Source: Octopus sinensis
Lineage: Eukaryota
Direction: 5' to 3'
Assembly (NCBI RefSeq): GCF_006345805.1
Contig: NC_043012.1
Location: 39,060,001 to 39,124,000, forward strand
DNA: 64,000 nt
The position numbers and the translations under genes are program-made. The notes below the pieces were generated by a model. The model did not search any database, was not told where the DNA came from, and was given only the letters and a program-made list of their open reading frames with translations. Within the stretch, counting starts at the first letter, position 1; each line of letters begins with the position of its first letter. Shown here one piece after another: positions 25,788-39,382 of this stretch.

Positions 25788-25891
25788 GTCACCGTGACCT
25801 CGGGTCATCACCATGAATTGACCAATCAGAAGCAGCGCTGTCACCGTGACATCGAGTCATCACCAAGGATTGACCAATCAGAAGCAGCGCT
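25788..25891 (+). repeat. Two copies of a ~52-bp tandem unit containing CCAAT (ttgaccaatcagaagcagcgct)
   Basis: Directly visible direct repeat. Confidence 0.85.
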
Positions 25892-26032
25892 CGCAGTATC
25901 TGACATGTTAGATACCAAAAATATCTCAAAGTGTTCTCACTCACATGTGTGTAATAAAACAGGTTATTTAAACAATCCTGTTGTATAAGAATTAAGGTGA
26001 ACTTTAAAACACACAGAAATATGTTTATATTC

Positions 26033-26072
<40 letters not shown>

Positions 26073-26074
26073 AT

Positions 26075-26106
<32 letters not shown>

Positions 26107-26139
26107 TGTAGTGTATATTGTATATATGTATATGTATAC

Positions 26140-26216
<77 letters not shown>

Positions 26217-27371
26217 GTCTTCACAAAACCTAGTAGAAAGAATGTTTTGTAAACTGACTCATGACCTAGGTGTCACATTGTGGAATTGATCCGAATCCAC
26301 GTAGTTACACACGAAGTACTCAAACAGCCAGTTTAACCTTATGCGCAATGTTTGCATCTGGGTCAACATCTGCTCATGAAAAACGAAGAAAATATATGTA
26401 ACGGATTCAGTGGGAACTGGGGGACGGACGCAATATTTGAAACGGATTTTATCTGTTAAAATCGCAGACCATAGGATTTACCCTAAAGAGATTTTGCTGT
26501 TATTTATAGATCAAGTTTCGGTGTTTTAATAGGGTGAGATTTTGAACCTCGAGACAAGTACTTTACGTATCTAACTCTTTTGTCTAAATATGTGTTCAAT
26601 TGTATTAACTACGTGGCTTTTATTTTCGAGAACTGCTTAAAATTATATTTCTATATTTACGTATTCCCGTACACCGGTGGACGTTGTTTCAGTGGTATCA
26701 TAGTTTAGAAGATTAACGTCTCAAATAAATGTTCTGCAGGAGCTTACACTGTCTTGATAAATGCGCAAAGCTTCAGAAATTTATATTCAAACTGACTGTA
26801 ATAAATATTTTCTTCGTTTCGTTGTAATGAAATCCAAACGATTACAACAGTCTAGTGTAGTCTAGATTTACATTGACTTGGGAAAAAAATTCGCTAAGGA
26901 AGATTTAATCTTTCTGCTTTAGCTGGCGATAAACCTTTAACTACGATAAAGCTGACAGTTACGTTTCAAAGCAAGACATGGCGTAACTGTTAAGATATAG
27001 CTAGGCAATGGTCGAGACAGAGAAACACTTCATGTAAATAAAGTAGCGCCAATGTAAGATAAGGGGTGGGGAAGCGGGGTGGAGTGGGTGAGAGAGAGAG
27101 AAGAAGAATGAAGGAAGGAAAGTCGGAATGAGGCACGGACAAAAACAAGTAAAACAGACAAAGCAAATGAGAACATTTATTTGAAAGTATGTGTGTATGT
27201 GTGTGTTGGTGGTTTTGTGTGTGTGTACAAGTATTTGTATGTATATTGTATATGTAATTACAAATGTGTTTGTGTGTGTATGTGTATGAATATCTATCTA
27301 TCTATGTATATATATAGATAGATATTCAAACACACATTTATACATACATTAATATATATATATATATAATA

Positions 27372-27409
<38 letters not shown>

Positions 27410-27410
<1 letters not shown>

Positions 27411-29043
27411 CTCTATTATAAAAGGCAGATTTTATCTGCCTCCCTTGTCAGTTATAGAAATCTACAATATAGGATTTTTTCAATTACAATTTACCTAGCA
27501 TTTTTAAGAGTAGAATGCATCGGGTCATGCCAGGTCCAGTTTTTAAAATTTCAACCCCAATTAAGCAAAATTTACAGAAAACTCACGTTGTGGTGTATGA
27601 GTCAAATGCTTCTCTTAATGTGGGCTACAGCACTCGCACACACACACACACACACAAAAAGGGAGCGATCTCATTCACTCACGCTATCACTCATTTCTGC
27701 GACTTTCTCATTGCAAGTTTGCAGCGATTAAAGTGAAACTAATTCGATAAAACGAGAGAAGTGTACCTTAAACCACTATAAAAAAAAAAACAGCAAACAG
27801 AAACAAATAAATACATAACGATTTTACTCTCACACAATTCTTCAATTAGAGTGTACCCATGATTTCAGAGTACTTCCAGGGGGTGATGCCATAAAAAATT
27901 TCTTTCAATTTTACCACCAATTAAGACAAAATCGAGAGAAAACTCAATTTTAACATTTCACTCCGAAAGCATTGATGTACATGTGTGCGTGCGTGAGTGT
28001 GTGTGTCATTCCTACACACACGCATACACATACATATATGAGAGTGGCAAACATAAACGTTCAAACAACTACATACAAACACGGTGTGTTGTTATTAGTA
28101 AAAAAGGCGCCAAACACAACTCACTTATCATTCAACACATTTGCAAAGACACACGGACGGTGGAATTGCTATAACAATACAGAAAAGGTAAATTGGTTTT
28201 TATTTTACTCTGTATATATTTTATTATATAATATTTATATAGTAATGTATATATAAATTGCAGTATGAAACAGTGTTTATGTATAACAGACGACACTTAT
28301 ATATAGTTATTAATAAATGTATGCATCCGTTTAACCCTTTCGTTAACAAACCTCCCGAATTTACCTATTCATATTTAAATGAGAATATCAGAGTAAATCT
28401 CTTTAGTACATTCGTGAAAACACGTATTATACTTCGTAAACACTTCAACTACTGTTTTGTACAAAATCGAAGTGTAATTTTAATTCCGTGAATTATGGGA
28501 GATTTTTTTTTCGAAATTTGTTCCTATTGTGTTTCAAAATTTGTAATTCTGACAAAAAAAAGATACGAATTTCATTATATCATGCAGCGGTCAGAATTCG
28601 AAGGATTTTTCTACTGAAGACCTTCATAAATCTAACTCTATGACTGAAAAAAAAGCATCTTATATAAGAGTGAATTGTGGGTCTGTCTCCTTCGTTTAGA
28701 TTCGTAATACTCCCCCTTTTGCGGTGCAGTTTAACAAAAGCGGGTATCTTATAGTCGTGATTCATATCGAGCCCTCTGGGTATTAGCGCGCGTCTACGAT
28801 GAGTCTACGATTAAAAAAAATTTACCATCATATTTTTCCATTTTAATGCATTTTTTTCGCTTTTATATAAGGAAGTAACTCTCCTAAAAATATCTACGAT
28901 GTGTCAACGATTTAAAAAAAAATTACCTTAATTTTTTATTCCATTTTTAATGCATTTTTTGCTATTTTTTGGCTATAACTCTCTAAAAATGCTTATATAG
29001 TTATTTCCCTTACAACCCGAGCAACGCCGGGCGATACTGCTAG
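27410..29043 (+). mobile_element. Non-autonomous Helitron-like element (may be composite)
   Basis: 5' A|TC start (tctctattataaaaggcag); 3' hairpin cccgagcaacgccggg (29016-31) followed by CTAG|T (29040-44), the canonical Helitron termini. That both ends belong to one element is inference. Confidence 0.6.
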
Positions 29044-29269
29044 TATATATATATTTATAGAAACGTATGTATAGTTTTTCAATGTGTACAAATAACACGG
29101 AAAAAAATTGAATAAATAGTTACCAGGCTAGCAAATATTCACATAAGTGCGAAGAATGTTACAGCCAACTTATAGAGGTAGCAATTCCAGGGTTTAGTTG
29201 AATATTTTTAAGTAACATCCATAACTTTAAGAAACGGAGTAAAATGAAAGTGTTCTTCAAATCTTTATA

Positions 29270-29356
29270 CTTCCGACATATGTTTCGAAGAAATCATTGG
29301 TATTATTCTTGAGGGAATAAAATGATGTAAAACAATGTAATCATCTCGTCAGGGAA
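29270..29356 (-). ncRNA. Type I hammerhead-like motif with a long, partly decayed stem II
   Basis: UUUCC-CUGACGA-[57 nt; 9 of the first 13 positions pair in register]-GAAA-CAUAUG-UC-GGAAG; palindrome ACAUAUGU; GUC triplet. Confidence 0.65.
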
Positions 29357-30769
29357 AAAAGAGAAACAAAACACATCAATAAGCTATAAGCGCAGGATTA
29401 AGTGTTTCGATCCAGTCGATGGTAACTTGTTTATAGGTTTGATGGTGATGGGCACACGGTCAAATACATCCTTCTGCGTAGAAAAATATATTTGACTGCC
29501 CATATTCTGAAAAGTTACAAACCCTGAAACATTATGTTAAAATAAAGGATGTCGTTCAATCCATGACAAGATACGTCGAGCGTGCACAAGTAAACTTCAT
29601 AGAAAAATAAATAACATCGCTCAGATGTTGTTTGTAACAACGTTTTGTGAATAGAGTCTACAGTAGAAAGGGCAGAAAAATAGGCATACGTGAGGGACAG
29701 AGGTAGAGGAAGAATTAACGACAGAAAGAAATGAAATATATATACATAGATTTACACGAAGTCCTAAGATGACGGATAACAGAGAGAAAATAGGATAAGG
29801 TGATATTGTTTACAAATTATGTTATGGCGAAGACACATAAAACTGGATAAAACAAAAGCGACAGTTTTTACAAGACAACATCGCACATTTCAAAATTTCA
29901 GCTCACTTTGGTACATCGAAAGATAACGTACAAATAAGGGGCTTGTCGTGATGTACAGGTGTATACCTTAGAATGGTATGGATATATTTCATTAGGAAAC
30001 ATACCACTACCTTCAGCTGAGCTGACGTGATGAACATAGGGAAATTCCTATGTCATTTCTGTCAGTTGTAAAGTTATGTAATCTAACGATCTTGACTATT
30101 ATTTTCTCGGCGTTCTGATGGATTGAGGTGACCCGACTCCAGCATGGAGTCCACGGCATCACCTACAAGAGCCGAACGACAAGGCCTGTTTATCAGAGAC
30201 ATCCAGCAAAACGATCGTAAACGAGTCACATTTCCTGCAATGGATTTCAAATATACAACGATGAAATAACAATTCAAGAAGTGATTTATGAGTACCTATC
30301 CATGTATTCAGTTGTGCATCTTTCGCCATAACGGGACAAGCCACAGTACAATCCACCAAGCGTCACCTTACTTTGTAGACAAGGCAGTGTGCGACCAAAC
30401 CAATAGAGCCGTTCTTTGACCATGGCTCGGAGCCGTTCCGAAGCATCGTGCAAATGAGCGTTCGACAGATGAATTAATTTTCCAGTTATATGGATCTCCA
30501 ACGTAAGTTAAAGGTTAGTCTCATTAAAACGAAATACACAAAGTATGTCATATTTGCCTGGCCTGTAGCACTGATGGTAGCACCGAAGCACATGAATTAA
30601 TGGACCTCATGTTGATATTCGCCATTGACTTTAAGGGGATTTTTTTCAATGAGTGAAGTGCCAGAGGACGCCATGAGACCATACTCTGATATTGGAAAAA
30701 CTTAGACCGTTCATACATACATATGTACGTACATACATGCACACACACACACATTTAGCACGAATTATA

Positions 30770-30807
<38 letters not shown>

Positions 30808-31053
30808 CTATATATATATATGTATGTATGTGTGTGTATGTATATATGAACTAGTCATCTAATTATATCTTACTTGTTTATATGTTTAATATTTTTCTGA
30901 CGATGGTCAGTTTTTGTCAAGATGTAATCTAAGAATGCATGATTAAATGGCTGTCGAACGAATAATGTAAATTTTGAAACCGCTTCTCTTCTACTTCTTA
31001 TATATATATATATACGAAAGAAGGTTTGAAAATGCAATTTAAAAGATGTTTAT

Positions 31054-31098
31054 TTACTTAACCGGTTTCACTCTTTGGAAAAAGATTGTCAAAAGTAA
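31054..31098 (-). ncRNA. Decayed minimal hammerhead-like motif
   Basis: UUACUU-UUGACAA-UCUUU(UUCC)AAAGAGU-GAAA-CCGG-UU-AAGUAA; 6-bp stem I and ACCGGU palindrome. The core differs from CUGACGA by two transitions. Confidence 0.5.
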
Positions 31099-31470
31099 CA
31101 TTGAATATTATGAATTCAAAAAGTTTTTTACATAATTGCCACATTGAATATTATGAATTCAAAAAAGTTTTTTTTACATAATTGTCACATTACATGTATA
31201 AATATAGTGTTTGGTAACAGGGATATGTTAAGGGCATAAAGGAGTTCAACAGTATGATGAGAATATTTGGAAAAATTGGCAGAAAAGAATAAAACAAATA
31301 TATTATTGGAAATTTGGTTGCGTTAATTATTGGTTGTTGCAAATTGTCACATTACACGTATAATATACAGTCTTTGAGAGAAAGGACATGTTAAAGACAT
31401 AAAGAAGTGCAATAGTATGGTGAGAATATTTGAAAAATTGACAGAAAAAATTAAAATGAATAGTTTATAC

Positions 31471-32410
31471 ATCTCAGGGTCCGTACAGAATATTATGAAT
31501 TGAAGGCGAGAGTTTGTTTTTACTGACCTGTTCGTTTTAGCAGAAATGTTAAATTGAGAGAAATGTACCCAGTTTTGTTCTGTTTATGGCTTCCCTTCAA
31601 GCATCAATGATTTTGGGGTTATCATGAAGTGAATATGTGAGTGCAAATAGATGTATCTGTGTGCCCGTAGTATCTGGTCAGACGGCGTCTGTTTGTCACA
31701 CACATACACACACACACAACACACACACACACACATAATATACAAACACACAACACACACAACACACACACATACAGAACACACACATATACACAACGCA
31801 CACACATATATAATATACACACACAGCACACAAATATAACATGTATTTATATATAATACACACACATATATAACACACACACACACACAACACACACGCA
31901 CACACAACACACGCACACATACATACATAATATAAATATAACACAAATACACCTAGCACATATATACATACAATACACATACACAGCATGTATATAATAC
32001 ACATACACAATATATACATACAATATACAATAAACAAACATACAATATGCATATACACAGTGCCCATGCAATAATGCCCATTTTTACACCCATATATATA
32101 TGCATATATAATATATATATTATATATATATATATATATATATTATATCACACACATACACAAAATTATTATATAAATTCACACACACACAAAATACATA
32201 CCTATAGCGTACCACACATAATATCTCTACATACCGCACACAACAACAAAAAATGTACTCACATATACACACAACCATGCATATACACACACAACAATAT
32301 ATATAATTATATATATAAACAAATACACATGTAAATACATACACAAAGCGCGCACCACACACACCCACGCACACACACACACGCACCACACACTCACACA
32401 CATACATAAA
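31471..32410 (+). repeat. Left arm of a ~1-kb inverted duplication
   Basis: atctcagggtccgtacagaatattatg... is the reverse complement of the sequence ending at 33934. Confidence 0.9.
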
Positions 32411-32579
32411 CTACATATATATAATGCATGCGTGTGCGTGCCGCGTATGTGTGCGGTCAATGCCCGCTAGTGTGTCAATGTGTGCGATGCGCGCATGTGT
32501 CCGCCCCGCACGATATGCTGCGAGTGTGCGCGTGTCCCTGTGTGCTTGCTCTGGATGTGTGCCTATGGGGTATGTTAGA

Positions 32580-32878
32580 GTATGTTTAGTTGTGGTCTGT
32601 ATTTTTGAATAAGATTACTTTCCTATTTATTCGTGTTGGTCTGTGGTGTTGTCCGAGCATTGGTATAGTGGAAGACTAAGAATTGGGGGACTTATTGTGT
32701 GCAAAAGTCTAAGTGTCCACTTAGTGGTATCTGTCTTGTGGAGGGGTCCCTCAGTTGTTGTCGGTGAACTGTCATTCTTTCTCTGAGGGTACGGCTCGTT
32801 TGCCCTATGTAGTCTTCGTGGCATCCTTCACACCTTATGACGTAGAGTAAATTTTTTGATGCGCACGTGAAATTATTT
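32580..32878 (-). mobile_element. Penelope-like element GIY-YIG endonuclease fragment (frameshifted C-terminus)
   Basis: NNFTCASKNLLYVIRCEGCHEDYIGQTSRTLRERMTVHRQQLRDPSTRQIPLSGHLDFC, then in other frames PLYQCSDNTTDQH and ESNLIQKYRPQLN; these include the CxxC/YIG and H..HL..C motifs of PLE endonucleases. Confidence 0.9.
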
Positions 32879-33934
32879 TTTATGTATGTGTGTGAGTGTA
32901 GTGTGTGTGTGTGTGTGCGCGCGTTGTGTGTGTGTGTGCGTGTGGGTATATGTGTGTGTGTGCACTGTGTGTGTGTGTGCATTGTGTGCGTGTGTATGTA
33001 TTTACATGTGTATTTGTTTGTTATATATATATATATATGTGTGTTGTGTGTGTATATGTATGGTATGTGTGTATATGTGAGTACATTGTTTGTGTGTGTG
33101 TGCGGTATGTAGAGATATATATGTGTGTGTACGCTATAGGTATGTATTTTGTGTGTGTGTGTGTGAATTATATATATATATGAGTGTGTATGTGTGTGAA
33201 TATATATATATATATACATATATGTATATATATATATGCATATATATATGTGTGTATAAATATGTGCATTATTTGCATGTGCATTGTGTATATGTATATT
33301 GTATGTATGTGTATGTATGTATGTGTACAATTATGTGTATATGTGTTGTGTGGTATGTGTGCATTGTATATATGTATATGTATGTATATATTGTGCATGT
33401 GTATTATATACAGCTGTGTATGTGTATTGTATGTATATATGTGCTAGGTGTATTTGTGTTATATTTTATATTATGTATGTATGTGTGCGTTGTGGTGTTG
33501 TGGTGTGCGTGGTGTGTGTTGGTGTGTGTGTTTAATTTGGTGTGTGTATATATTATAATACATGTTATATTGTGTGCTGTGTGTGTATATTATATATGTG
33601 TGTGCGTGTGTTGTGTATAGGTGTGTGTCTGTATGTGTGTGTGTGTTGTGGTGTGTTGTGTGTTTGTAGATTATGTGCGTGTGTGTGTGTTGTGTGTGGT
33701 GTATGTGTGTGACAAACAGACGCGTCTGACCAATGCTACGGGCACACAGATACATCTATTCGCACTCACATACTCACTTCATGATAACCCCAAAATCATT
33801 GATGCTTGAAGGGAAGCCATAAACAGAACAAAACTGGGTACATTCTCTCAATTTAACATTTCTGCTAAAACGAACAGGTCAGTAAAAACAAACTCTCGCC
33901 TTCAATTCATAATATTCTGTACGGACCCTGAGAT
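32878..33934 (-). repeat. Right arm of the inverted duplication, ending at the assembly gap
   Basis: Mirror of 31471-32410 with many indels in the CA-rich part. Confidence 0.9.
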
Positions 33935-34034
33935 NNNNNNNNNNNNNNNNNNNNNNNNNNNNNNNNNNNNNNNNNNNNNNNNNNNNNNNNNNNNNNNNNN
34001 NNNNNNNNNNNNNNNNNNNNNNNNNNNNNNNNNN
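33935..34034. other. Assembly gap (100 N)
   Basis: Run of N. Confidence 1.
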
Positions 34035-34850
34035 GGATCTTGTGATCAACCCTGTCGAAGGCCTTGCTGAAATCAAGGTAGATGACATCGGTGTTGGAGC
34101 CCTCTCCCAAAGCTCTCAAAATGTCATCAAATTGATGCAGGAGCTGCGTTAGGTAGTCCCTTCCATTACGGAACCCATGTTGGTTAGAGATCAGCCGTCT
34201 GTTGCTTTCCAGAAATTGGGTTATTCGAGATCTCACCACCCTCTCAAATACCTTGATGATATGAGAGGTGAGTGAGATCGGACGGTAGTTCACTGCAAGG
34301 GACTTGTTTCCCTTTTTGAAAACTGGGACAACAGACTGGGACAGAAAGTTTTTAGGAATATAGCCAGCATCCAGTGAGTTTCTCCACAGATTAGCAAGGG
34401 GAGATGCAAGTTGGTGTCGACACACCTTCAGGACACAAGCAGGGAACCTATCGGGGCCTACTGCTGAATTGTGTTTTATTTCGTTTACCGCCGCTAAGAC
34501 ATCAGGGGCACCAAACGTTATGTCCGATATAGTGTGTTGGGGGTTGACATCACTGATATAGCCCAGATCGGCCATATCAGGATTGCTGAAAACAGAGCAG
34601 TATTGTTTCTGCAGTATCTCGGCCATGGATTTGGCATTATCTTGGAGAGTGCCATTTTCATCAATTAGAGGGCCAACAATGGAGACAGTGACCCTGTGTT
34701 TCCTCGCAAATGAAAAGAACACTTTGGGGTTGAGTTTGATTTTTTCAATGGCCCACTTCTCCTCAGCTGATCTTTGGTTATTGATTAGGGACTTCATGCA
34801 TTGCTGGAGGTTATATTTTTTGGACTCAAGCAGTGCGATAGCCGTCGAAT
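34035..34850 (-). mobile_element. LINE (CR1/L2/Jockey group, CR1-like) ORF2 fragment: pre-RT linker and N-terminal RT, cut by the gap
   Basis: About 270 uninterrupted codons including KLNPKVFFSFAR, SAVGPDRFPACVLK, VVPVFKKGNKSLAVNYRPISLTSHIIKVFER, QHGFRNGR and DVIYLDFSKAFDRVDH. Confidence 0.92.
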
Positions 34851-34924
34851 GTGTGTGTTGCTGTTGGCAGTACTTTAGTTTGTTAATTTTTTTGTTTGTT
34901 CTTTTTATTTTTCTGATAATATAT

Positions 34925-35036
<112 letters not shown>

Positions 35037-35394
35037 TGTATGTATATATAAGGAAGATAAACACATGGTAGAAAATGCTGAAATAATTTTATCATGAAAT
35101 ACATTTTTTAAAGTTTGGTCCCGGTTCCAGTCTCCTCGACTTTTTCAACTAAGAGTAAAACGAGAGAAATGATTAAATTGAAGAAAACATTAAATGAAAT
35201 GTTTTGTAAATATTTCCATAGTCTTCAAATAGGTAGGGCATTTTCCTCCCTCTCTCTCTCTCTCTCTCCCTCATCTTTTGGGAAGGCTCGGTAGGTAGTA
35301 GCATATCTGAATAAATAGTGTTCATGGGTGCAGAGAAATGGTTGGTTCTAAAGTTTAACGGTTTAAGCAGCAGCAGCCGAGGAAGTAGACGATG

Positions 35395-35795
35395 ACGACG
35401 ACGAAGAAGAAGGATGAAGAGGAGGTGAGGGATGAGGAAGAGGAAAAGGAGGGGAGGAGAATAATAATAATGATAATAGTATTGATAATAATAATAATAA
35501 TAATAAGAAGAAGAAGAAGAAGAAGAAGAAGAAAAAAAAGAAGAAGAAAAAGAAGGATGAGAAGGGGTGGAGGAGGAGGAGGAGGGGAGGAGAATAATAA
35601 TAATGATAATAATAATATTAATAATAATAATATAATAATAATAATAGAAGAAGAAGAAGAAGAAGAAGAAGAAAAAGAAGGATGAGAAGGAGGTGGAGGA
35701 TGAGGAGGAGGGGAGGAGAATAATAAGAACAAATAATAATAATAATAATAATAATAAGAAGAAGAAGAAGAAGAAGAAGAAGAAAAAGAAGAAGA
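35395..35795. repeat. Compound (AAT)/(AAG)/(GAG) microsatellite with an internal duplication
   Basis: Directly visible. Confidence 0.9.
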
Positions 35796-35969
35796 CGGGC
35801 GTGGTATGACCCAGTAGTAGATGTTCCCGTGGAATTATCTTTAATGGTCAAGTGACCTAAAAGTGACCTGTTGTGGTTGTAGCAGTAGTAGTAATAGGAA
35901 CTGTTCTAAGGCAATCCATGGGTAGCGACTATTCTTAATATGTCTATCGTTTTCAATATTTGCATGGTA

Positions 35970-36125
35970 TTATTCTACGATCCTTGTAGTTGTGTCATCA
36001 AGAGGTTTATATTTCGCGATGAAATGTGATTCTTTCCCACTGCGCTGATTATAGGTTGCATTGTCCCTGAATTTATCGAGAGGAAAGATTCTAAAGTCGC
36101 CATTTCCGACAACAGATACGTGAAT
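35970..36125 (-). mobile_element. Second, more decayed PLE GIY-YIG C-terminal remnant
   Basis: Translates GNGDFRIFPLDKFRDNATYNQRSGKESHFIAKYKPLD, parallel to the C-terminus seen at 32580-32690. Confidence 0.45.
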
Positions 36126-36833
36126 AAGAACACAAACCAACCCACCTCATGAAGAATTGTGAACACGAACACAAAAACATAATTTAAACCAGCAACAAAG
36201 CTTCAAGTCCACGGTTGTTAGTTATTTTATTATGTTACGTTTTCACTTTGCTATGCACTGTGTGATATCATGTGTGCACGCGCTTGCTCACTTACACACT
36301 TGGTTGTTGTTGTTGTTATTAGTCTATTAGTCTATACAGGATGTTCATCACAAATAACTACACTGACCTATTACGCGACACACACATACTTTCATATACA
36401 CTCATACATATATATAGATATATATGTATATATATATATATATATATATACATATATATCCCACATACATATAACTAAATAAATGTTACATTAGATAAAA
36501 GAAAGGATGTGAGTGTCTTTTTGTTATAGAAAACTATTGAAACTATTTGCATGCTTTAATAAAAACCAGTGAAAATCTATTGAAGATGACACGGTAGAAT
36601 TGTAATGATTTCCGTGGCAGAGCTAGAATTCTAGTGTGTTTGTAGTGCTCGGAACGGTGAATGGCTGTTGTTTAGCCCTTGGTCACCCGTGACAAGGATG
36701 ACTTATAAGCAAATTGTTTTGAGAATGCTTTATTGTAGGATATGTAGGACTCACTGGTTAAACGCGGCCTTCTTTATTCAAGATAGTACAATGTGATATG
36801 TAGGAGAAAGGTATCATTTCTGATTTCTTTATT

Positions 36834-37050
36834 ACCCACAAGGGGCTAAACATAGAGGGGACAAACAAGGACAGACAAGCGGATTAAGTCGATTAAATCG
36901 ACCCCAGTGCGTGATTGGTACTTAATTTATCGACCCCGAAAGGATGAAAGGCAAAGTCGACCTCGGCGGAATTTGAACTCAGAACGTAACAGCAGACAAA
37001 ATACCGCTAAACATTTCGCCCGGCGTGCTAACGGTTCCGCTAGCTCGCCG
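36834..37050 (-). mobile_element. SINE family B
   Basis: Near-full-length reverse-complement match to 5112-5322. Confidence 0.85.
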
Positions 37051-37829
37051 GGTGCCATTTCTAATTGGTCAACTTCTTGAGTCAGGATACGGAAGATGAC
37101 GGGAGATGTTAAAGGTTCCAATGGGAAGACCTGATAAGGCAGTGACTGTTGCTTATAGATAGCAAAGCGAAGATCGTCGATGTTTAGGTGTCCGTGGAAT
37201 ACTCAGCCACTTGCATATTAATTTCGCGAGCAGGCTGTTTCAGGGATCGAATCAACTGAACACTCGTGGATAACCGATGGAGAGCCGGGGTTCGTCGGTC
37301 GGCTGTCGTTGTTTTGACCTGCAAGCGATCCATTTATAATCACAGCGTTCCAACCATGACCATAGCATGGTAACGACATGCACACATTCTGTAAATAAAG
37401 ATTTTGGCAGTGATAGATAGATCTAAGCTGGTGAAAAATGACATAGAGCTCGTGTTATGTGCCAGAAGTGATAACAATGTCAGTAGTAGTAGTAGAAGTA
37501 GTAGTAGTGGTGGTGGGGTGGTGGTGGTGGTGGTGGTGGAGTTCATGGTGCGCCCATCAGTGAAGTATTGCAACGGTTTCTGATCTCTAAGTTATGTGCA
37601 TGTCAAAAATGGCGAAGGAAATTATATAAACAATGTTAACATACTATCTATAACAATAGGGCTGATGGGTTACATACGTGTGTGGGTGTGTGTGTGTGTG
37701 TGTGCGTGTGTGCGTGCGAGAGTGTGTGTGAGTGGGCGAGTGTGTGTGTGTGTGAGCGAGTGTGTGTGTGCGCCCATACATATACATATACGCACATACA
37801 ATACATGCATAATATATATATATAATATA

Positions 37830-37860
<31 letters not shown>

Positions 37861-38627
37861 TTCATACAAGCACACACAAACGCGAGTATATGTAGATGTT
37901 TGTGTGTATATATATGTATATATATATATATATATACATTAATATATGCATACTCATACATAATTACGTATACATATATACATATATACATATATACACA
38001 CACACATACACACATATGTATGTGCATGTACGTATAAATATTATATGTATATGTGTGTGCGTGTATAAAAATAATATATATTATTCCATATAAAGCAACC
38101 CCCTCCCCTGCCTACACGTAGTAATCGATTCTATCGAACGCTTGATATATTTTCTACAACCTGTAGATCGTTCTTCTTGCTCTTCTCCTTCTTCTCTCCC
38201 TCTCCCCTTCCTCCCCGTTCCCCCTCTTTCTCGGCCTCTTCCAAACGAAGAAGTCATGCATGTGTGAATCCAAGTAAAAGCGAAGACATAAAAATCACCT
38301 CCCCCTCCCCCTCCCCCTCCCCCCGTCTCCCGCCCTTCCGACACCCACCTTACAATAAACCTCCACTTACACCCCGCCACTAGCACCACCGCCACCTGTA
38401 CCACCACTACCACCAACACCAACCTTAAAAGTACCTACTAATTGACGTGATGTATTTCTCGTCGCAATGGTCTTCCATAAAAGTAACGAATGCATCCCTT
38501 TCTGCTCCCCTCCCTCTCCTCTCTTTCCCTATTCGCTCCCTCTCGCCTACATATCTCAATTCTACCTTCCACTCATTCTCACTGCCTCCTTTTTACTCTC
38601 TTCTCTCTCTCCCTCTCTCTCTTTCGG

Positions 38628-38659
<32 letters not shown>

Positions 38660-39082
38660 TGTATCTCATGAATATTGAAGATCAAAAGATGAGAGTTTTA
38701 CGTTTTCGCTTTCGTATGCCAAACAGATCAGATCAAAGTAGTTTTGTGTTGGGGGAAGTGTCGTCGCCGCCGCCGCCGTTGTTGTTGTTGTTGTTGGTCA
38801 TAGGAATGGAGTGGAGAAATTAGATTTCTTGCATAACAGCCATCTTTGATACACTCATAATGTATATATAACACTTTATATACATACTTGCTTGTGTATA
38901 TATATATATACACATATAAGTATGTATATATACATACATATATTATACATATTACATATATATACATATTGCATATATATATATATATATAATATATATA
39001 TGTATGTATGTATGTTTTAGTATATATACACATGTTTATATTACTGATATACATATACGGGCACACAACAAAAATCTACGTG

Positions 39083-39133
<51 letters not shown>

Positions 39134-39278
39134 CGTGTATATAACATATAATATACATATAATATATATACATACATTCGTATATATCTATATCTATATA
39201 CATATACATATGTGCGTCTATCTATCTATCTATCTATTATATATATATATATATATACATTCATGTGCATATATATAA

Positions 39279-39382
<104 letters not shown>

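Noticed and set aside
28330-28560. TTAA|CCCTTT piggyBac-like end inside the Helitron-like interval
   Set aside because: No matching second terminal repeat was found.
30000-30720. Higher-complexity island with a plus-strand donor-like AAC|GTAAGT near 30502
   Set aside because: All six frames contain several stops and no family is recognisable; an exon cannot be supported.
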